A DNA stretch of 64,000 nt, from the IMG/VR virus record IMGVR_UViG_3300021426_000071, positions 32,001-96,000 of that record, one strand, 5' to 3'. Of this stretch, positions 56,701 to 64,000 are shown one piece after another (the stretch's first letter is position 1; every line of letters begins with the position of its first letter). The notes beneath the pieces were generated by a model. That model worked only from the letters and a program-made list of their open reading frames with translations, was not told the origin of the DNA and searched no databases. The stretch is from a virus. Taxonomy: Duplodnaviria; Caudoviricetes. The position numbers were made by a program, and so were the translations under genes.

Positions 56701-59700
56701 ACGTCGAACAGGCTATTATGGACGTTGGTCACGCATTTGGAATTGCGTTCAATAATACCGAGGATGCGAAACATCAATTTGATGGTTTAGCAACTACGCT
56801 TAGCAACTTTGGGTATCTGTATAGTGGTGTCGAAGACGAGGTATCTAAGTCATCTGTTAGTATTGCAGAGTTTGCTTCGAGTATTACTTCTGAAATAACA
56901 AAACTCGATGGTGTAAACGCCGCACTGGTTAATAACTTCAAGTCTTCTGGTCTTTCTGTCGCATGGGACGAAGAAACTGGCAAAATAACTGGCGACGTTG
57001 CCAATATCCGAGATGCATATGGTGACCTTGCGGGATATAACGAGGCGAAGCTTTTTACCAGAATGTCAACTGGCGTTAAGTTAAATGTTGAAGAACTTCG
57101 TAGGCTTCGCAAGGAGCAGGAATTAATCAACAAAGAGGCTTTCGCAAAACAGCAAACCGACCTTACAAATAAGTTGGCTGAAGCTTATAGGAATCTTTCA
57201 AATGCGGCTACAGATGCAGAGCGTAAGGCTGCATTAGATAACGCTCTGGATATTGAGGCAAAGATTCGCGACGCAAAAATGCTCGAAAGTCAATACGACG
57301 CTCAAACATCCGCATATCAAAAATGGTTAGATGCACAGTCTGCCGGAGAACAAGGTGATATTTACGACAATCTTCGTAGTACCGCAATCACCCGTGGAGA
57401 CGAACTTCTGAACAAACGTCTTGTTGGTACAGAAGAATTCAGAGCAATTGCAGAATTGGTTTCCGGGCAGGATCTTAGTACAGCATCTCTTCAAGCGGTG
57501 ATTGATGCCTATCAGGGGATCGATACGGTAGTCGAAGGAACATCGTATAAGTTACGCGACTTCTTTACCGAGGGGCAAGAAGGGACGGATAAGTTCGGCG
57601 AGGCAATGGTCGAACTTGGAATCGCCACAAAAGATGCTAATGATTATATTCACTTTGAGAATCTCAATATTGATGAGGTCGCCGAAAAGTTTGGAACTAG
57701 CACAGACGTGATCGAGTCCATCTTTGGCAAGATGAAAGATTACGGATGGAATATTACATGGTTCGATTCAGATACTCTATCTCAGCTTAACGAGGCCGAT
57801 AGTAAAATAACGTCTATTGGCGAAAAGATGGCTGCTGCTAATAAGGGTGCCAAAACACAAGTGCAGTCTAGTCTTTTTGATACTTCAAATCTTACCACTG
57901 TAGACGCCATTTCTGATCGTATCAATATTGTTCAGGGTATGCTCAATCATACCACCCAAATGAATATAGATCCGACACAGGCGGAGCTTTTAGGTCAACT
58001 TCTTGATGAACTCATTAAAAAGAAGCAGCTTCTTGAGGTTGGTGACGGTGGAACAAATCCGTACTCTCTTGAGTCGTTAACAACTACAAAAACCGCATTT
58101 GATCAGTTGCTTGAGAAAGCTCAAGAAGTACAAAGCTTTCAAAATATGGACTTTGAAGTTGATATTGAAGGGGACGAGCAGCTTCAACAACTTGTTGATT
58201 ATTTAGCGAATCAGCCAGAGGATGTTCAGGTAAAATTTGGTATCGAAGCTGGCGCTACATCGGAACAAATCATGCAGTCTATATTAGATGGCACATTTAT
58301 TCAAAAGGCAAATCAGGCCGCCGCCGCTGCGGGTAAGGTTAATGCTTCTGCTTCAAAAACAAAGCAGCCATCTCAACAGGCCGTGCAAAAGAAACTTGAG
58401 ATACAAGAAGAAAGGATAGATAAGAAAGAGACAAGCACAAAAGAAAATATTGAAACGAACGTTGAAAATAACGAAATAAATGTCGAAACAAATGGCGTAG
58501 AGGAAGCAAATCAAGAATTAGAAGGTGTAAAACAGGAGGCGGCAGAGGGCGCAACCCTTCCGGTTGATGCCGATACAACAGAGGCAGAAAACGCCAAGGG
58601 TGTCATAGATTCAATGGAAGACAAAGACGTTGGCGTCGAGGCCAATGTTGATGGAACATCCGATGTAGAGGATTTAATAGGAAAAATCAATAATTTAAAT
58701 GGGAAAACCGTACAAGTTGCTGTCTCTGTGAGTGGTCTTGACGCTTTAAAAGATACGGTTTCTTACCAAAATCAATTACAAGATAAGAAGGTCAAATATA
58801 CAACAGAATACGTCACAGTACGCACAACTATAACCAACAATAAAGGCGGCAACGGTGGCAAAGGCGGCAACGGCGGCGGCGACGTTAATGGCACCGCCCA
58901 CAGCTACGGAACTGCTATCTCCCACTTTGGTGGCTCCGCGTTTGCCAAAGGGGATTGGAGAACGAAAAAGACAGAGACTGCGTTGGTTGGCGAACTTGGG
59001 CCTGAGATTCTTGTAAGAGGCGATACTGGAACTTGGGAAACCATTGGAGATGAAGGCGCAGAATTTGCAAGAATCCCTAAAGGGTCTATCATTTTCAATC
59101 ATAAACAGACAGAGCAGTTATTAAAAAATGGATATGTAACTGGTCGCGGAAAGATGGTTGGTGGTAATGCTCTTGCTGGCGGAACTGCGCATGCTGATTA
59201 TGTATCAGGCGGATCTCAAACTTTTGTTATTAAGCAGGCTACGGTTATCAGTGATGCAAAAACGATTAGTAGTAGTACGCACGATAGCGGGAAGAGCAGT
59301 ATAGGTAGAACTCCATCGGAAAAAGCAAAAGAAACAAATAAACAAAAACTTGATCCCACAGCATTTGACTGGATTGAACGTCTACTGGAAAATCTTAATA
59401 CTCAGTTGGAACGTTTTAAGAGTTTAGGAGAGCTTTATACAAAATATACCGCGCAGAACAAAGAGCTTGACAGCGCAATTAAAACCGCTCAAAAATTGGT
59501 TGACGCTAATACACATGCCGCCACTCGTTATATGGTAAATGCTGAAAGATTTTTCAGAGGTTATACATATACCGATGAGGCTGGAAAAGAAAGAATACTG
59601 TTTAATTCAGATAATAAAAAGGCGGGGGTTAATAAGCGTGTAAAATGGAAGGGATATAATGTTTACGGAGATAAAACCGTAAAACATTATATGAAGCTTG

Positions 59701-62700
59701 TGCAGAGCGGAAAACTCCAAAGAGATCCTTATACTGGAAAATTAACAAATAATGATATCCAAAAAATCGGAGACAAGAATCTGGCCGAAGCCATACAAGA
59801 GTATATGGATCTTTATGATAAAGCAACTCAGGCGAAACAGGCTGTTATTGATAATAGGATTGAACTTCAAGAACTTGCCAGACAAAAATTAGACAATATT
59901 ATTGATGATTATGACAAGGTCGTTGAAAAGGCACAAGCCCTTTATGATTTAAATCAAGAAAATTATACTCTTTTAAAGAATACTAAGAGCACTTCGTCGG
60001 GTGGAAAAACAGTTCAACCAGAGGCATTTAATGCGAATATTGAGGCGCAAATTAAAAATCAAGAAACTATTGTCAAGCAAAGGGAAAAAGAACGTCAGGC
60101 GTTAGAGAAGGAATATAAAGCAAGAGTAAAACTTGATAAGATCAATAAAAAGAACCAGTTTAAGAAAGACGGTTCCTCGAAGACTACTGGACGGCTTCTA
60201 TCCGACGATGACAGGAAGCAATATGAGATAGATCTTCTTAATATTCAAAAAGAAGAAGCTGCTGCAAACAATCAATTAAATGAGCTTTATAAACAGCAGC
60301 GCGATCTTATCAAAGAGTTACATGATAGCACTATTTCGTATCATCAATCTCAGGTTGATTATAATAATTCACAATATGAGGCACTACAGGCACAAAAGGG
60401 AATACTGAACTCAGATAACGAGGTCAGTAAGAAATATTATGACTATTTAAATGAAGAAATGTCGAGAACCACCAGTATCATAAACGAGAATAAGGCATCC
60501 GCAAAAGCGTATAATGATGAAATTAAAAGACAGATAAAAAATGGTCGTCTGACAAAGGGGTCTGAACCTTGGAAAGAGGCGATGTCTACATATTATGCGA
60601 TGCTTCAGGCAGAGCAAGAAGCGAATGTACAACTGGCAAACCTCCGTGACAGGATTCGTGAACTTAACTGGGCCTCTTTCAATAATGCAATTGAAATTCT
60701 TGGTCATCTTAACACACAACTCGAAAGCACGCTGTCGCTCTTCAGCGATCTCAATGCTTTTAACGAGAAAGGTAATGTAACAACGAGTGGAATTGCTCAG
60801 TATAATCTTCTCGCAGAGCAAATCAATGTTGCTAAACAGGAAACTGCTGATTATAAGTATGCGATTGAGCAATTAGCCAAGGAGAAAAAGAACGGTCTTA
60901 TTACAGAAGAGCAGTACCAAAAGGCCCTTCGTGAGAATCAGGAGAATATGCTCAAGTCCGCGAACAGCGTCAAGAAGTATCGCGACTCTGTACTCTCTCT
61001 CATCAAAGACGGCATCCAGAAAGAGACCGAGCATCTTAAGGAACTGATTAGCACGCGTAAGGAAGCATTAAAGCGTCAGAAGGATGCGGATGATTACGCA
61101 AAAACTGTTGCGCAGAAGTCAAAGGACATCCAGAAGACACAAGCCCAAATTGCGGCGATGGCAGGAGATACTACTCTCGCCACTCAGGCTAAGGTAAAAC
61201 AGCTTCGTGAACAACTTGCCCAGCAAGAAGAAGAACTCACTAAGACACGGCAGGATCATGCATATGACATCTACACACAAGGTCTTGATGATGAAACAAC
61301 CGCTCTCGAGAAGGCACAAAAAGAGCGCATTACGGAATTAGAGTCCGATCTTGCTAAACAAAACGCGGCTATTAAGGATGCTTTAAACAAGAGTCGAAAA
61401 CAGTATAATAATACTTATAATTTCCTCTCAACTATAGCAAAACAGTATGGCATTAAACTTGAAGAAGACATTACCAATCCTTGGAAAAAGGGATCTGATG
61501 CAGCCAATGAATATAAAAAGGCTGTTAGTAAAATTCCTAAAAATAATGCCACTATTGCCACAGATTTAAATGGTGGTTATACAGATAAGAAGGGTTCGTC
61601 CAGCAGTAAAAAGACTACAAGTACAAGCAAAAAATCCACCGCTAAAAAGAAGAATCCAACCCAACAGGCTAAAGAAAAACTCAACAATGCCAGAAACGCT
61701 TTAAAGAATGCACAAAAGACGGTTCTTGCCAAGCAGGATGCATTTAATACTGCCAAGTCTAAATACGGAGCAAGTTCAGAACAGGCGAAGAAAGCAAAGG
61801 CTGCTATTACCACCGCTCAGGCAAATCTTAAAACCAAGACCACGGCATATAATTCAGCGGTAAGCAATGCCGCCAAGTATGGCATTAACACCAAAGAATC
61901 TGCGGAGACGGTGAAAAATACCGCCGCTCTTGAAAGGGCAGAAGCGCTTCAGAAGACTGCGAACGAGCAGAGAAAGAAAGCAAATGAAAATTTGCAGACC
62001 GCTCAGGCAAAGTTGGAAAAATCAATAAGTTCTATGAAGGATTTAGAGGCTAAAATTTCAGATCTGAAAGCGACACTTAAAGTAGCAAAATCTAATAATG
62101 ATTCCGAAACAGTAGCAGCAACCCAAAAGAAGCTGACAGCTGCGCAGAACTCTTTGACAATCGCAAAGGCAAAAGTTAACAGTGCCAGCGACGGTGTTAA
62201 TCAAGCAAAGCAAAAGGTGACTAATGCCGCCGTAAGCGCTACAAACAAGAAAGCCGCTGTAAATAGGGCTACGGATAACTTGGCTTATTCAAAAGAAAAG
62301 GATAATCAAAATGCAAAAACGGATGCCAAGAATGCTATTAACACAGGCAAAGCGCGTAGTAAAAAGCTGTCTGCGGCTGACAAGAAACTGTCTGCTCTGG
62401 ATCAGTATATTATTCAAAAGTATGGCAGAACGCCTACAAACGCAATTGATAAAAAGATTGCAAAAGCACTCGGCATCTCTACAAGCACCACAATGACCGC
62501 AAAGCAGAAAACCGCAACGCTTAACGCCATGAAAAAGCTTGGTCTTCGCAGCGGCGCTTATCGTGCTGGTGGCGGCTGGCGTCTTACGGACGAAGACGGA
62601 ATCGGCTCAGAGGCAATCCTTACTAAAGAAGGAGTACTTCGTCAGCTTGATGCTCGTGACACCGTCTTCAATGCAAAACAGCGTCAGGCGCTTTGGGATC

Positions 62701-62927
62701 TTTCTAAGATGGATGTCCCGAGTCTGCTGAGCGATATTAAAGCTGCGTCTCTCTCTCGCGCTGGCGGCGACGTGAGAATTGAGAACCATTATGATTCTCT
62801 TCTGACGGTGAATGGCAACGTTGATCGGAATGCGTTGCCCGAACTGCAAGAGATTCTTAGAAAGTCCTACGAATATACAACAAAGCAGATGCACTCTGAC
62901 TTTAAGAAACATATCGGAGGACGTTAA
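47755..62927 (+). CDS. tape measure protein, spliced join(47755..52827,54135..62927), ~4621 aa
   Basis: The TMP core (DSALVELRKVS...ADWSRLGY...NNFAID) continues across QDPASVG|TMFKTMSARIRG; GELGPE motif; long coiled coils. Confidence 0.9.
52828..54134 (+). mobile_element. group I intron (1307 nt) with an endonuclease ORF, in the tape measure gene
   Basis: P1 GTGGGT/GCCCAC with U-G at the splice site; P3 AGTAGC/GCTACT; R CGTAGAGACTG and S GAAGATCCAGTCC; terminal G; ORF looped out between CCTAGAATA/TATTCTAGG. Confidence 0.92.
52987..53916 (+). CDS. intron-encoded homing endonuclease: three Zn-finger repeats plus a Vsr-like/EDxHD nuclease
   Basis: CxxCGK...FCSxxC x3; LDNYL..IEVMGDFWH..RDKAK..ILYLWEDD. 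Confidence 0.85.
   Translation: MPRKGDLKGVYVPCENCGKILYRTPYRMNKNTHQFCSNQCQMEYEHKQRFEDRKCEVCGKVMHLSKLSTQRFCSELCQHEWQKTRVGDLNPKTKRVEVQCDWCGKMFTKTPSVYALTDRHFCSNECRRNWYAKVLSQQDSWKAASRDRCLNMLAAGEISHTNTKPQIIVNDILTDKNIKFENEHICGFYSLDNYLLESNLAIEVMGDFWHASPLKYNIDNLYPNQRKAIGRDKAKRTYAKKYYDMDILYLWEDDLYKRVELCAQLIDVFIDSGGEMPNYHSFNYYINDNAELNLRSEIIIPYQEQPLTA
55296..55366 (+). repeat. 24-bp tandem repeat encoding (V)GEAVTDA in the tape measure gene
   Basis: ggagaagcagtcaccgatgctgtt x2 plus degenerate copies. Confidence 0.8.
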
Positions 62928-62936
62928 AATCATTAC

Positions 62937-62974
62937 TGGCAACCACATCTTTTAATAGGTGTGGTTGCTATTTT
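62937..62974 (+). terminator. hairpin/terminator after the tape measure gene
   Basis: TGGCAACCACATCT/AGGTGTGGTTGCTA followed by Ts. Confidence 0.6.
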
Positions 62975-62991
62975 AATAAAGGAGTCAAATT

Positions 62992-63804
62992 ATGATACTT
63001 CATGCGAAAGACTTTACATATAACGGCACATCGTTGTCCGACATTAACGAAGATTTCATTGTGATTTCTTTCGGGGATGGAGGTCATAACAGTGACGTGG
63101 AATTATTAACGCGCACAGTCAACCGAAGCCATGTATCTTATGATCAGCCGATTACATTCGATTATGGCGCGGTTGATAGTGATGTTTTTACTTTTACACT
63201 TACGATTTGTCATAAAGATGGCGGAGACATTACCCGCGCTGAAGCAAAGGAGCTTATTAGTTGGCTGATGTCTCCAGTCGTTCCGCAGTGGCTGTCAATT
63301 GAGGGGTGCGGGAACGAGGTATATGAAGATATCTTTTACAAAGGGCGCTTTGTCCATGCGGGATATGAGGATATTAGCGATACACGCAAGATTGGTATGA
63401 CTTTTAATTTTGAGAACATAGCCCCATACGGCTTCACAAAGGAATATACATATCAGTTTCCGACATCAAGCGGATCAATGTCAGGAGATATTGAGAATCT
63501 TGGGACGGCGGTCGGAAAGACTGTTCTGCCGGAGATCAGGATTACGCCGAATGCTTCTGGCCGTGTAACAATCAATAATACTGCGGATTCCAGTGTTGGA
63601 GCGCTCTCGATCAATGTAACAAATGGCCAGCCAGTTATTCTCAGGAATTACGCTTGCTATCTTACAGATGGATCTTTATATGATTTGGATAAAATGGATA
63701 ACTTTAACTGGGTCGTCCTAAAGGATGGCATAAATACTATTACAATTACTGGCGACTGCACGGTAACCATGAAGGTTCGATATTTTGAGGCGCTCGGCGT
63801 CTGA
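62992..63804 (+). CDS. distal tail protein (Dit)
   Basis: DFTYNG.SLSD, WLMSP, APYGF, LKDGINTITITG; follows the tape measure gene. Confidence 0.8.
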   Translation: MILHAKDFTYNGTSLSDINEDFIVISFGDGGHNSDVELLTRTVNRSHVSYDQPITFDYGAVDSDVFTFTLTICHKDGGDITRAEAKELISWLMSPVVPQWLSIEGCGNEVYEDIFYKGRFVHAGYEDISDTRKIGMTFNFENIAPYGFTKEYTYQFPTSSGSMSGDIENLGTAVGKTVLPEIRITPNASGRVTINNTADSSVGALSINVTNGQPVILRNYACYLTDGSLYDLDKMDNFNWVVLKDGINTITITGDCTVTMKVRYFEALGV

Positions 63805-63822
63805 TAGAAGGGAGTGTGTGCA

Positions 63823-64000
63823 GTGGCATTAATTGATATGGTTCATACACAAAACGGTGTGATAGCCGTAGACAGCGATGCATATGGCCGGAGCAAAGAA
63901 TTCAGCGCATACATTCTAAATCCTGCCAGAAAACCGATCTGTCGAATTGGCGGCATTACGCAGTTTGATATAGATTTAAAGTTTAACGACATCAGCGAAA
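63823..64000 (+). CDS. tail hub/Tal-like protein, N-terminus (partial)
   Basis: GTG start with GGGAG RBS; open to the window end (...LKFNDISE). Confidence 0.6.
   Translation, partial: MALIDMVHTQNGVIAVDSDAYGRSKEFSAYILNPARKPICRIGGITQFDIDLKFNDISE

Noticed and set aside
1-64000. Diversity-generating retroelement or retron
   Set aside because: No reverse transcriptase motifs and no TR/VR-like repeat pair seen

Overview
This is a 64-kb slice of a large SPbeta-like siphophage or prophage, probably infecting a Firmicutes (Clostridia-like) host and using the standard genetic code. It has two divergently transcribed arms separated by a non-coding, partly very AT-rich interval at about 19.75-21.25 kb. 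The left arm (minus strand) is an accessory/early region of more than 40 mostly small genes. It includes ArdC, GP88-like, SprT, triple-HTH, M28 peptidase and RadC/JAB genes plus a 5-member paralog family. The right arm (plus strand) begins with a cysteine desulfurase, an HD hydrolase, a YonO-like single-subunit RNA polymerase, HU, PhoH, ClpP and a phosphoesterase. It continues with terminase, portal, head genes (with a GT8 glycosyltransferase inserted) and tail genes. Five observations stand out. (1) Two ORF splits are group I introns whose boundaries can be read from the sequence: tail tube 42905-43224, and tape measure 52828-54134 carrying a Zn-finger/Vsr-like endonuclease; the spliced tape measure would be about 4621 aa. 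(2) Two anticodon-less tRNA-like elements (18975-19049 and 19801-19849) bracket the first left-arm gene and end a ~500-nt structured, boxA-containing leader. (3) Seven perfect TCCCGATATCGGGA palindromes, three GTCGGG-N4-CCCGAC palindromes and four TAAATAGGGTA motifs form an unexplained cis-element system. (4) There is a JAB-like motif inside the tape measure. (5) Many intrinsic terminators lie within the late operon. All protein calls come from motifs and synteny read by eye; no database searches were run.
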